Below, piece by piece: positions 9,487-18,022 of a DNA stretch of 60,442 bases (its first letter is position 1; the number at the start of each line of letters is the position of its first letter). The stretch lies in assembly GCA_945865625.1 (NCBI GenBank), contig CAMBFD010000005.1:1-60442 (forward strand), given 5' to 3'. The notes beneath the pieces are model-generated. The model saw nothing but the letters and a program-made list of their open reading frames with translations, was not told the DNA's origin and ran no database searches. The DNA is from Chitinophaga pinensis. Its GTDB lineage: Bacteria > Bacteroidota > Bacteroidia > NS11-12g > UBA955. A program made the translations under genes and the position numbers.

Positions 9487-10149
9487 ATGAATCGCATCGC
9501 TAACAACATTCATCGAATTCAGGAAGAACTTCCTAAAACCACCCAACTCATAGTGGTGAGTAAGTATAGAGAAATTGCAGAAATCAAAGACGCCTACGAT
9601 GCCAATCAAAGGGTGTTTGCTGAAAACAGGGTTCAAGCACTTTTGGAACGTAAAGAGTTATTGTCTAACGACATAGAATGGCATTTAATTGGACATTTGC
9701 AAACCAACAAGGTGAAATTCATTGCCCCGTTTATTGCCATGATTCACTCTGTAGACAGCCTCCATTTACTCGATGAAATTCAAAAACAGGCCAAAAAAAA
9801 CAACCGAAACATTCCATGTTTATTCCAATTGCATTTGGCTCAAGAAGAAAGCAAATTTGGCATCCCTCCATCTGAAATCAATCATTTTTTTGAGGGACTT
9901 AAACCGGAGAACTATCCGAACATCATTTTTGCCGGCATCATGAGCATGGGAAGTTTAACCGACAATATTGAACTCACACACCAAGAATTTGCGCAGGCTC
10001 AAAGATTATTCAACGAAATCAAATCGACGTATTTTCCCACGTTAGAAAGTTTCAAAGAACTTTCGATTGGCATGAGCGGCGACTATCAAATTGCCACCCA
10101 ATATGGCAGCACGATGGTGCGGATTGGAAGTTTAGCGTTTAGAGTTTAG
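9487..10149 (+). CDS. yggS: YggS-family pyridoxal-phosphate homeostasis protein
   Basis: Starts at the internal ATG 9487 (MNRIANNIHRIQEELPK...VSKYREI...HLIGHLQTNKVK...GMSGDY). The upstream part of the track ORF overlaps the divergent gene. Confidence 0.85.
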   Translation: MNRIANNIHRIQEELPKTTQLIVVSKYREIAEIKDAYDANQRVFAENRVQALLERKELLSNDIEWHLIGHLQTNKVKFIAPFIAMIHSVDSLHLLDEIQKQAKKNNRNIPCLFQLHLAQEESKFGIPPSEINHFFEGLKPENYPNIIFAGIMSMGSLTDNIELTHQEFAQAQRLFNEIKSTYFPTLESFKELSIGMSGDYQIATQYGSTMVRIGSLAFRV

Positions 10150-10234
10150 CGTCTAAAGTTTAGGTTTAGCGTTTAATGTTTAAAATTCTTGAACTCTAAA
10201 CTCAAAATTAAACGCTAAACGTTAAACGTTAAAT
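10130..10234. repeat. inverted heptad array: 8 forward GTTTAnn units and about 6 reverse nnTAAAC units
   Basis: Forward units span 10130-10184 and reverse units 10195-10234. Includes a perfect 14-bp inverted repeat: GTTTAGCGTTTAAT (10164-10177) and ATTAAACGCTAAAC (10207-10220). Confidence 0.85.
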
Positions 10235-10266
10235 AAAAAAGACCCTCCTTACGGACGGCCTTTTTT
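10235..10266. terminator. candidate bidirectional intrinsic terminator (imperfect stem)
   Basis: AAAAAA GACCCTCC ttac GGACGGCC TTTTTT. The stem pairs 6 of 8 positions on the plus strand. On the minus strand it pairs 6 of 8 plus one G-U, leaving one mismatch. Lies between convergent yggS and the beta-barrel gene. Confidence 0.5.
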
Positions 10267-10289
10267 GCTATTGTTGTTGTTTGTTCTTA

Positions 10290-10360
10290 GTTTAGCGTTT
10301 ATTGTTTAGAGTTTAAAGTTTTTTCATAAACCTTTATAAACCTCATAAACCCTTATAAAC
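10290..10360. repeat. composite repeat module of the same family as 2872-2980
   Basis: GTTTAGC GTTTATT GTTTAGA GTTTAAA GTT, then ttttc, then ATAAACCTTTATAAACCTCATAAACCCTTATAAAC. The 26-mer at 10326-10351 is identical to 2946-2971. Confidence 0.85.
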
Positions 10361-10365
10361 TTTTT

Positions 10366-10935
10366 TTACTGAAATCTGAATTTTGCGCCCACTTGGAAGT
10401 ATGCGTTGTTGAATTCAGGACTTGCAGTACCGTTGCTCTGACTATTATATGTACCCGCAGAAACAATTGCTCCAACTTCACCAAAGATTTTGATTGCATC
10501 TGAAATACTATAAGTAGCCAAAACACCACCATTGATGTTCCAAGAAGCATCTGAAACTTCTTCCATAGCACCATCATAGTTGAAGTAATACATTGAAATA
10601 CCTGCACCAATTTTTCCCGCCATTGAAAAATCATCATCTGAACTTCCAACAAAATAGCGACCAATACCAGCATTGATATGGTTGAATAACAAAGTCGTAT
10701 TGTCTAAATCGTCAAACTTTTTTGAACTATAAATAAAATCACCATAATAGAAATTTTCATCCGCCTCATATTGAAGTTTTCCACTGAATGAAGAGGTAAA
10801 TGTCCCTAATCCTTGTGCAAAATACATCGAAGGAGCAGCACCAGCACCAACACTTAAGTTGCTAATTTCAAATTGGGCACTAGAAACTGAAATTCCTCCA
10901 ATAAACATGGCCAATGACAATAAAATCTTTTTCAT
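10366..10935 (-). CDS. small outer-membrane beta-barrel (porin-family) protein
   Basis: Signal peptide MKKILLSLAMFIGGISVSSAQ. Alternating hydrophobic and aromatic beta-strand pattern with a C-terminal ...GAKFRFQ. Confidence 0.7.
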   Translation of the reverse strand: MKKILLSLAMFIGGISVSSAQFEISNLSVGAGAAPSMYFAQGLGTFTSSFSGKLQYEADENFYYGDFIYSSKKFDDLDNTTLLFNHINAGIGRYFVGSSDDDFSMAGKIGAGISMYYFNYDGAMEEVSDASWNINGGVLATYSISDAIKIFGEVGAIVSAGTYNSQSNGTASPEFNNAYFQVGAKFRFQ

Positions 10936-11020
10936 ATTTTTCTGATTAATCATTCAATATTAAGGAAAAAACACATACCAACTACACAAATTATAATATC
11001 AATGTCAAAAATCACCAACT

Positions 11021-11096
11021 TATAAACTTTCTAAAGCTCATAAACTTTATAACCCACCTAAACCCAACTTTAAACACTAAACTTTAAACTATAAAC
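11021..11096. repeat. degenerate ATAAAC-type repeats followed by four reverse heptads (nnTAAAC)
   Basis: TATAAAC...CTCATAAAC...TTTATAAC..., then AAC TTTAAAC ACTAAAC TTTAAAC TATAAAC (11066-11096). The last 31 nt are the reverse complement of 10290-10320 at 26 of 31 positions. Confidence 0.75.
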
Positions 11097-11125
11097 AAAA
11101 AAAAGGAGCCTGAGCTCCCCTTTTT
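11097..11125 (-). terminator. intrinsic terminator downstream of dnaN
   Basis: The minus strand reads GGAGC ucag GCUCC followed by U8 (complement of the A-run at 11097-11104). Confidence 0.7.
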
Positions 11126-11149
11126 AAATATTAAATTATAATTTATGCT

Positions 11150-12271
11150 TTAATAATTGTTCAACATCATTGGCATGATGAGCATCGTAATTTCTTCGTT
11201 CTTCTCGTTCTCGCTTGGAACCAATAAACCGGCTCTGTTTGGTTGCGACATCTTCAATTGTACACTATCGCCATCCATTGTAGCCAACATTTCCTTCAAA
11301 AATCTTGCGTTGAATCCAATTTCCATGTCGTCACCGTCATATTCGCAGTTGATTTTCTCAGTAGCCTCATTCGCCATTTCAATGTCTTCAGCGCTAATTG
11401 TTAATTCACTACCCGTAATTTTCAAACGAACCTGATGGGTTGTTTTTGATGCAAAAATGCTAATACGATTAATAGAACTTAAAAAGTCGGTTCTAGAAAT
11501 GGTAATGACATTCGGGTTTTCTTGAGGAATAACTGCAGAATACTCTGGGTATTTTTCATCTAGTAATCGACAAATCAATTGAGTATTGCCGAAGGTAAAG
11601 AAAACATTGGATTTATTGTAATCAACAATCACCGGAGTTTCGTCGTTAGGCAATGCCGTTTTTAATAAGTTCAATGGTTTTTTAGGAATGATAAAGCTAT
11701 GTTCAGCACCCGCATTGATATCCTTCCGTGTAAAACGAACCAATTTATTGGCATCTGTTGCCACAAAATTCACGTGAGTGCCTTTCATTTCAACAAACAA
11801 ACCTGTTAGGTTTAAACGCAATTCGTCTGAACCAGCAGCAAACAATGTTTTACTTACAGCGCGCAACAATAAGTTTGCGGGAACTGTAAAACTACCATCG
11901 CCTGTTTTTTCGGGTAAAGTTGGATAATCTACTCCGTCTTGACCTGCCATTTTGTAACGACCATTGTTATTCACAACCTCGATACCAAAAGAACTATTAT
12001 CGATATTGAAAGTTACTGGTTGGTCTGGTAGAGAACGCAGAATATCAATTACCATTTTACTCGGCACTGCAACACGCATGTTATCTTTAGATTCCACCGG
12101 CACAATAGTTGTCATGCTGGTTTCTAAATCGGTACTGTAAATGGTGAGCACATTGTTATTTATATCGAATAAGAAATTTTCCAAAATTGGAATGATCGGT
12201 TTCGACATAATGGCACCGTTAACTGTTAACAGGTGCTGCAACAAATCGCTAGAAGGAGCTATAAACTTCAT
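11150..12271 (-). CDS. dnaN: DNA polymerase III subunit beta (sliding clamp)
   Basis: 373 aa. MKFIAPSSDLLQHLLTVNGAI...PILENFLF... is a typical DnaN N-terminus, and the length fits three clamp domains. Confidence 0.93.
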   Translation of the reverse strand: MKFIAPSSDLLQHLLTVNGAIMSKPIIPILENFLFDINNNVLTIYSTDLETSMTTIVPVESKDNMRVAVPSKMVIDILRSLPDQPVTFNIDNSSFGIEVVNNNGRYKMAGQDGVDYPTLPEKTGDGSFTVPANLLLRAVSKTLFAAGSDELRLNLTGLFVEMKGTHVNFVATDANKLVRFTRKDINAGAEHSFIIPKKPLNLLKTALPNDETPVIVDYNKSNVFFTFGNTQLICRLLDEKYPEYSAVIPQENPNVITISRTDFLSSINRISIFASKTTHQVRLKITGSELTISAEDIEMANEATEKINCEYDGDDMEIGFNARFLKEMLATMDGDSVQLKMSQPNRAGLLVPSENEKNEEITMLIMPMMLNNY

Positions 12272-12310
12272 AAATTTTATATTTTATACTTTCGTTAAAA
12301 AAGAATACTG

Positions 12311-12318
12311 CAAACCTA
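12311..12318 (-). promoter_or_regulatory. -7 promoter box candidate for dnaN
   Basis: The minus strand reads TAGGTTTG, 39 nt upstream of ATG 12271. Confidence 0.35.
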
Positions 12319-12387
12319 TTCATGTAAGAGCAATAAAAATACACAACTTAAAGTATTTTATAAACACTTTATCATGAATGTCCACTT

Positions 12388-12696
12388 TTAGTCATTTTTT
12401 TCATCTGAATTTACTTCGGCATCTACAATTACAAAAATGTCTTCATTCGACTTTTTCATCAGATACTTTTCTCGGGCAAACTTTTCTAAATTCCTTTGAT
12501 TTCCAAACAAATCTTTCTTCTGCCTCCTCAATTCATCAATTTTCACTTTATGAATTTCAATGCTTTCCTCCAAATCTGATATCTCAGAAGCCAAGCGCAA
12601 CCGGTAAATGAAATTATTGCTATCAAAAAACATCATCCACAAAAAGAAGAATCCGAAAAAAATCCAATAGCGATATTTAAATAAAGGAAAATTCAT
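12388..12696 (-). CDS. septum formation initiator (FtsB/DivIC-like) protein
   Basis: 102 aa from ATG 12696: one TM segment (YWIFFGFFFLWMMFF) followed by a coiled coil (LEESIEIHKVKIDELRRQKKDL). The longer track ORF to 12897 overlaps the divergent gene. Confidence 0.65.
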   Translation of the reverse strand: MNFPLFKYRYWIFFGFFFLWMMFFDSNNFIYRLRLASEISDLEESIEIHKVKIDELRRQKKDLFGNQRNLEKFAREKYLMKKSNEDIFVIVDAEVNSDEKND

Positions 12697-12764
12697 ATCT
12701 ACAAATTTGCATGAAATTTTGCAAACATTAAACACAGTTTTTACGGCTGTCAACTTTTTTAATC

Positions 12765-12772
12765 TATTTTTG
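12765..12772 (+). promoter_or_regulatory. -7 promoter box for the substrate-binding-protein/permease operon
   Basis: TATTTTTG, 8 nt from ATG 12781. Confidence 0.45.
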
Positions 12773-12780
12773 AAGTCCCA

Positions 12781-13923
12781 ATGAAAATCGCCACCGTATT
12801 TGCTATTGTTTTCTTGCTTTTTGAGGGATGTGGAAACGCACCCACTCAAAGAAATCAAAACAATGAAATTACATGGGTTGTCAACCGTTATGCCCAATTG
12901 TTTGAAATAGGCTACACCCGCACCGATACATTTATTAAACTCTATACTTTCTCTCCAAATTCTAAATCACAAACACCTGATCGTGTTGTCGTTGGATCTT
13001 TTTTTTGGGGAAAATCGCAACAAATAAAACAAAAAGATTTTGCAAAAATCGCAAATCGCAACCGCTTTATCCTACTTTCAACCGTCTTTAGCCGCTTTTT
13101 TGTAGAATTAAAGCAACAACACCGCATCGTGGGCGTAGACCAGTCAAAATACCTCTCCCGCTCCGCCTTCCCTCAAAAAGAAAAAATACCTTCTGTGCAG
13201 CCCTTTGGAGAAATCATGCCCGAAGCCACCTTGAAATTAAATCCAGATATCATTTTGGCTTACTTTGTTGGCAACCAAGAAAAAACAAACCTGTCTAGAA
13301 TTCAATCTTCAAAAACCCATGTGCTCTTCTGCCAATCGCATCTCGAAAACCACCCCTTGGGAAGGGCCGAATGGATTGTTTTATTTTCTATGCTCACCAA
13401 TTGCCATCAACTTGAAACTTTTGAAGCCATTGAAGATGAATACACGCGACTTAAAACCGAATTGTTGAAAACAACAGACTCAAAAGTCATGATTAACCTG
13501 CCATACTCCGGCACTTGGGATGTTCCAAAACAAAATGCCTACCTCTCTATCCTACTACGCGATGCCAAAACTCAGCCTGTATGGCTCGAAAATAACAGCT
13601 ATCCAGGCACAGGGAGTGCTCAAATTGGACTCGAACTCGGTTATCAACTTTTGGCAAAATCTGACTATTGGATCAATCCAGGAATGTGCGAATCGTTGGG
13701 CTGTATTGCTGCCACCGACCACCGAATTGGCAATTGTTCACCCATTAAAAACAAGCGTGTTTTTCAATGCGATGCCACCATGGAAGCCGATGGTGCCAAT
13801 GAATACTGGGATTTAGGCGCAGTTCATCCAGAGTATATTCTGAGAGACTTTGCAAAAATATTTCATTCCGAACATCCTGAATTTTCAAAACATTCATACT
13901 ATTTTTACCGCCAATTAAAATGA
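12781..13923 (+). CDS. ABC transporter substrate-binding lipoprotein, iron-chelate/cobalamin (BtuF/FhuD-like) class
   Basis: 380 aa with lipobox LFEGC. Overlaps the downstream FecCD-type permease by 4 nt. Family assigned from general resemblance and context. Confidence 0.7.
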   Translation: MKIATVFAIVFLLFEGCGNAPTQRNQNNEITWVVNRYAQLFEIGYTRTDTFIKLYTFSPNSKSQTPDRVVVGSFFWGKSQQIKQKDFAKIANRNRFILLSTVFSRFFVELKQQHRIVGVDQSKYLSRSAFPQKEKIPSVQPFGEIMPEATLKLNPDIILAYFVGNQEKTNLSRIQSSKTHVLFCQSHLENHPLGRAEWIVLFSMLTNCHQLETFEAIEDEYTRLKTELLKTTDSKVMINLPYSGTWDVPKQNAYLSILLRDAKTQPVWLENNSYPGTGSAQIGLELGYQLLAKSDYWINPGMCESLGCIAATDHRIGNCSPIKNKRVFQCDATMEADGANEYWDLGAVHPEYILRDFAKIFHSEHPEFSKHSYYFYRQLK

Positions 13924-14903
13924 AATCTAAAACCCTTCATATCTTACTTTTAGTGGTCACACTTGGGTTGATTTATTTAGATTTTACTTTACATATTGAA
14001 GAGCCCATTTTGATGTCTACTTTTTTCGGATTTGATGAGGGAAATGTAATTTTTTCACAATTCAGACAACCAAGGGTACTTGCCGCAATTTTTGCCGGTG
14101 CTGGGCTGTCGCTTGCTGGACTCATCATGCAAACGCTCTTTAGAAATCCACTAGCAGGTCCCTACCTCGTTGGCATCACCCCAGGTGCATCATTTGGCAT
14201 TGCAGTGATGCTATTTGCCCAACCTTTGCTTTCCAACTTGAATCTCAATAACCAATTCAATATACTCACAGCCAGCATATTAGGATCGCTTTTTGCATTG
14301 TTTTTACAACTCATACTCAACCGAGGATTTGAAAGCACCACCCGCTTGCTGCTCACCGGAATGGTGTTGAGTTTTCTCTTTGCTGCCGGCGTAGACCTAT
14401 TGCAAAACCTTGGCAGCTTTGAACAAATTAAACAGTTTAGCTTATGGGGGATGGGCAGCTTTGAACGTGTAACCGCTACCGAAATTCCATTGTTGGTAGC
14501 TCCAGCAATATTGGGTCTATTGTTTGTACTTTGGAATCGGTTTAAACTCGATGCCTACCTACTTGGCGACATCTACGCCATTTCAAGTGGGGTGAATGTA
14601 AAATCAATCAGAAGAATGATGATTTGGACAGGTGCCATCATTTCGGGATGGATCACTGCTTATTGTGGTCCTGTGAGTTTTGTTGGACTCATAGCGCCCC
14701 ACATTGCAAAACAAATTTGCAAATCAGAATCACATGTTAAAATATTATTTCCCAGCATTTTATGGGGGATATTTTTATGCGTTACCGCCGACCTGTTGGC
14801 CCACAACCTTATCCCCGGGATCACCTTACAAGTCAACGCAATATGTGCCATCATTGGCGCACCTATATTAATTTATAGTTTCTCAAAAAAGCACTTTCAG
14901 TAA
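13920..14903 (+). CDS. iron-chelate/cobalamin ABC transporter permease (FecCD/BtuC family)
   Basis: 327 aa, polytopic. Motifs LAGLIMQTLFRNPLAGPYLVGI and VSFVGLIAPHIA are typical of the FecCD family. Confidence 0.85.
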   Translation: MKSKTLHILLLVVTLGLIYLDFTLHIEEPILMSTFFGFDEGNVIFSQFRQPRVLAAIFAGAGLSLAGLIMQTLFRNPLAGPYLVGITPGASFGIAVMLFAQPLLSNLNLNNQFNILTASILGSLFALFLQLILNRGFESTTRLLLTGMVLSFLFAAGVDLLQNLGSFEQIKQFSLWGMGSFERVTATEIPLLVAPAILGLLFVLWNRFKLDAYLLGDIYAISSGVNVKSIRRMMIWTGAIISGWITAYCGPVSFVGLIAPHIAKQICKSESHVKILFPSILWGIFLCVTADLLAHNLIPGITLQVNAICAIIGAPILIYSFSKKHFQ

Positions 14904-14950
14904 GAGTGAAAAAACCTCAGTTTTAACAGAGAAAAACACCCCTCAAAAAC

Positions 14951-15493
14951 TCACTCCAAATTGGCAATCTTTATGATGTGCTCAATTTGATAGTCGACCA
15001 CTGGGTCGAATTCCGATTTTAAATCGTGGCCCCAAAATGTTCCAAACGCCTGCCAGAAGAAGGCCTCCGCAGTGCCTCGGTAGTTTTTTAAGATTTCCCA
15101 ACTGGTTTTACCCGTTTCGCGATGCAATAATTTCATGAGCACTTGTCCCTCACCAATGGTCAACTTTTTCAATTGCTCTGTGTACATGGCTTTGAGGCTG
15201 CTCTCGCATTTTTTGATGTACTTTTTGCGCTCGCGCTTGTTTTCAATTGTTGCCAATTGATCTTCCATCATTTTCATTTTGTAAGCAGCCATCTTGGCAA
15301 ATGGCATGGTTTTGATCACACGGCGCTTTAATGTCTGATACTCCTTGATCTTTGCCTCATCCATACTCCCCGATACCATCACCGGATCTAAGCGTTCGAA
15401 GTCGTGAACCGTGTCGCGAACCACAGTTTCAGTTTGCGCCAAAAGTCCCCCCGAAAAATAAAAAAAAGCAATAAAGAGCATCAACTTTTTCAT
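14951..15493 (-). CDS. secreted protein, DUF4294-like
   Basis: Starts at ATG 15493 (MKKLMLFIAFFYFSGGLLAQ). LTIGEGQVLMKLLHRETGKTSWEILKNYRG...FWQ resembles DUF4294. ATGA overlap with the lgt stop. Confidence 0.6.
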   Translation of the reverse strand: MKKLMLFIAFFYFSGGLLAQTETVVRDTVHDFERLDPVMVSGSMDEAKIKEYQTLKRRVIKTMPFAKMAAYKMKMMEDQLATIENKRERKKYIKKCESSLKAMYTEQLKKLTIGEGQVLMKLLHRETGKTSWEILKNYRGTAEAFFWQAFGTFWGHDLKSEFDPVVDYQIEHIIKIANLE

Positions 15494-16671
15494 GTGCCCT
15501 GAGCCAAATCTTTTTGCTTGTTGAAAATGAAATATCCGCATGTTCCTAAAACGATTAATACGATGGAAATCATTTGTGCTTGTGAAAAAACTGCCCCTGC
15601 AAATCGATAAAGGCTGTCTCCGTGCTCACGAATGGATTCAATGGCAAATCGTTCTACCCCAGCAAAAATCATGTAAATACTAAAAATTTGCCCTGGTTTA
15701 AAATTCTTATGTCGCAACCAAAACCACAATCCAGCGAATAAAATCAAGGCCATTAAGGCTTCGTAGAGCGGTGTTGGGTAAACTGGCGTCGACAATTGGT
15801 AGCAATAGTCGCCAGAGCATCCTGGAATTGGTTCCATGCCCATTCCTGGGTAGTCTTTTCCCAAAACGTTGTGCGGATATTTGTAGGCCCAAGCCCAATC
15901 GGGCAATATTTTCGAGGGACGTAGGTTGGCAATTCCCCAGTCGCCATCGCCAGAGAAATGGCAACCAAAACGGCCAATTCCGTATGATAGCATCATGGCA
16001 GGACCACCACCATCGATCACATGTTTCCAATTGTAACCTTTTCTTGCCACGTAAATGAGGACACCGGCAGCGCCGCAAATTAAACCACCATAGAATGTCC
16101 ACCCACCGGTGGTGAAAATATCGGTGATGAAAGTGCTTAAATGAATTTGATCTGGGGTTTCGAGTAAGTGAAAAACTTTTGCTCCAAAAAACCCTGAAAC
16201 CAAAGCCACGGTGGTAATGTTTCCCATATCGTCGGCAATTGAAACGGAATGTGAAACAGATTTAGGTTCTGTTAAGCGTTGTTTTTTATCGGCACGAATT
16301 TTGGTTAAAAAAGAAAACAATGCAGCAATAAAGCCCATGAAATAACTTCCCTCCGAAGTGAAAATATGTTCTTGAGGCACAAAGTTTTCTCCGGCATTGA
16401 CCATGAGAAATAGAATTTTGTAACCAAATAAAAACGAGATGATGATGCTTACAATGTAATCAGATTTTGGAAAAGGAATTCCAATTGTTGTGGTGACAGT
16501 ATTTGAAGGAAATAAGCCTAACGATGTTTTACGTTTGAACTCAGTTTGCATGGCCCAATAGGCAGCACCAATTGAAATGGCAACAAAAAAACCGAAGGTA
16601 TTTACAACTTCAAGAAACCTAAATTCTAGGCCAAATATGTCTTTGATAAAATGATATAACGTAGGAAACAC
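15490..16671 (-). CDS. lgt: prolipoprotein diacylglyceryl transferase (long form, 393 aa)
   Basis: Polytopic membrane protein. The N-terminus FGLEFRFLEVVNTFGFFVAISIG and the motif GIGRFGCHFSGDGDWG are Lgt-like. Confidence 0.8.
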   Translation of the reverse strand: MFPTLYHFIKDIFGLEFRFLEVVNTFGFFVAISIGAAYWAMQTEFKRKTSLGLFPSNTVTTTIGIPFPKSDYIVSIIISFLFGYKILFLMVNAGENFVPQEHIFTSEGSYFMGFIAALFSFLTKIRADKKQRLTEPKSVSHSVSIADDMGNITTVALVSGFFGAKVFHLLETPDQIHLSTFITDIFTTGGWTFYGGLICGAAGVLIYVARKGYNWKHVIDGGGPAMMLSYGIGRFGCHFSGDGDWGIANLRPSKILPDWAWAYKYPHNVLGKDYPGMGMEPIPGCSGDYCYQLSTPVYPTPLYEALMALILFAGLWFWLRHKNFKPGQIFSIYMIFAGVERFAIESIREHGDSLYRFAGAVFSQAQMISIVLIVLGTCGYFIFNKQKDLAQGT

Positions 16672-16679
16672 ATTGCAAA

Positions 16680-17990
16680 TTACGGCCTAATTTCGGCGTA
16701 ATCAAATATTCCTTCCACTAAAAATTCATCATTGATCATTTTCAAGGTCACGGGCACCAAGGTATTCACCAGCAAGGGGTCGTAATTTGTGGTTACTTTC
16801 ACATAATTATCGGTAAACCCGCTCATTTTACCCCCTTTTTCTTCGGCTTCAAAAAGCACTTCTCTGGTGGAATTGAGTTGTTGTTCGTAGAAAAAACGTT
16901 TTTTCTTTTCACTCAATCCTCTAAGCATGGTGGTTCTTTCGCCTCTAACTTTTACGGGCACCACATCTTTCATTTTCTTGGCGGTGGTGTTGGCTCTTTC
17001 ACTGTAAGGAAAAACGTGCAAATAACTCACATCCAACTCGTTGATAAAATTATAGGTGTCTAAAAAATGCTCTTCAGATTCACCTGGAAAACCTACTATT
17101 ACATCGACGCCAATGCAACAATGAGGCATTTTTTCTTTGATATAGGCCACGCGAGAAGCGTAAACGTCCGACAAATATCGGCGGCGCATGCGTTGCAAAA
17201 TTTCATCATTTCCACTTTGCAATGGAATGTGAAAATGCGGCACAAATTTTTGACTTTTAGACACAAAATCAATGATTTCATTTGTGAGCAAATTGGGTTC
17301 AATGCTGCTAATGCGGTAACGGTGAATGGATTCAATTTGATCGAGTTCTTGAATGAGTTCAAAGAACGTTTCACCTCTTTGAACACCAAAATCGCCCAAA
17401 TTCACACCTGTGAGCACCACTTCTTTCACACCATCTTCTGAAACTTTCTTTACCTGTTGAATGGTGTTTTGGATATTGTCACTTCTACTTTTCCCTCGAG
17501 CAAGTGGGATAGTACAAAAACTACAAAAATAGTCGCAACCATCTTGAACCTTCAAAAACATTCTGGTTCTATCGCCTTCGCTAAAGCCTGGAACAAAATC
17601 ATTCACATCTTTAATTGGCGCGTTGTACAATCTTGTTTTTTCTTCTTTTTTGAGGGAATGAAGGTGGTCTATCAACTGAAATTTCTCTGCTGCTCCTAGA
17701 ACCATGTCGACCCCAGGAATGTTAGAAATTTCTTCGGGTTTCAGCTGTGCATAACAGCCAACAACCACAATGTATGCGTTTGGATTGTGTCGAAGTGCTT
17801 CATTGACCACCTTTTTGCATTTCCGGTCGGCATGATCGGTCACGCTACAGGTATTGATGACATACAAATCGGCACCTTCATGAAATTGCTTTCTTTCAAA
17901 ACCATTTTTTTTCAATTGCTGTGCAATGGTGCTACTTTCCGCAAAATTTAATTTACAGCCGAGGGTATATAATGATACTGATGAACGCAA
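16680..17990 (-). CDS. mtaB: tRNA t6A37 methylthiotransferase (MiaB-like radical SAM)
   Basis: 436 aa. N-terminal UPF0004 region (LYTLGCKLNFAES...INTCSVT), radical-SAM CDYFCSFCTIP, C-terminal TRAM-like region. TTG start as given in the track. Confidence 0.9.
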   Translation of the reverse strand: MRSSVSLYTLGCKLNFAESSTIAQQLKKNGFERKQFHEGADLYVINTCSVTDHADRKCKKVVNEALRHNPNAYIVVVGCYAQLKPEEISNIPGVDMVLGAAEKFQLIDHLHSLKKEEKTRLYNAPIKDVNDFVPGFSEGDRTRMFLKVQDGCDYFCSFCTIPLARGKSRSDNIQNTIQQVKKVSEDGVKEVVLTGVNLGDFGVQRGETFFELIQELDQIESIHRYRISSIEPNLLTNEIIDFVSKSQKFVPHFHIPLQSGNDEILQRMRRRYLSDVYASRVAYIKEKMPHCCIGVDVIVGFPGESEEHFLDTYNFINELDVSYLHVFPYSERANTTAKKMKDVVPVKVRGERTTMLRGLSEKKKRFFYEQQLNSTREVLFEAEEKGGKMSGFTDNYVKVTTNYDPLLVNTLVPVTLKMINDEFLVEGIFDYAEIRP

Positions 17991-17996
17991 AACGTT

Positions 17997-18004
17997 ACAA
18001 AGTT
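17997..18004 (-). promoter_or_regulatory. -7 promoter box for mtaB-lgt-DUF4294
   Basis: The minus strand reads TAACTTTG, 6 nt from the TTG start at 17990. Confidence 0.4.
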
Positions 18005-18022
18005 ACAATAAGTGAATGCATT

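Noticed and set aside
10130-10360. Heptad repeat arrays, considered as a CRISPR array
   Set aside because: The 7-nt period with no spacers and the absence of cas genes are incompatible with CRISPR.
12706-12725. Recurrent TTTGCA...TGCAAA inverted repeats (also at 3931-3949 and 29650-29665), considered as a shared operator motif
   Set aside because: The spacing varies (8, 5 and 4 nt), the sequence is AT-rich and common, and two of the three sit at gene 3' ends where a weak terminator hairpin is the simpler explanation.
12697-12897. N-terminal extension of the FtsB-like ORF (track start 12897)
   Set aside because: The extension overlaps the divergent binding-protein gene and its promoter. The ATG at 12696 gives a typical TM plus coiled-coil FtsB-like protein. 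Similar upstream extensions were trimmed for ORFs ending at 5151, 10953, 15541, 36806, 45834, 53321 and 57124, and for ORFs starting at 9325, 25393, 42037, 47405 and 57590.
15707-16102. 131-aa, 74-aa and 95-aa alternative-frame ORFs within lgt
   Set aside because: They overlap the conserved Lgt frame. Their Trp/Arg/Cys-rich translations are typical of off-frame readings.
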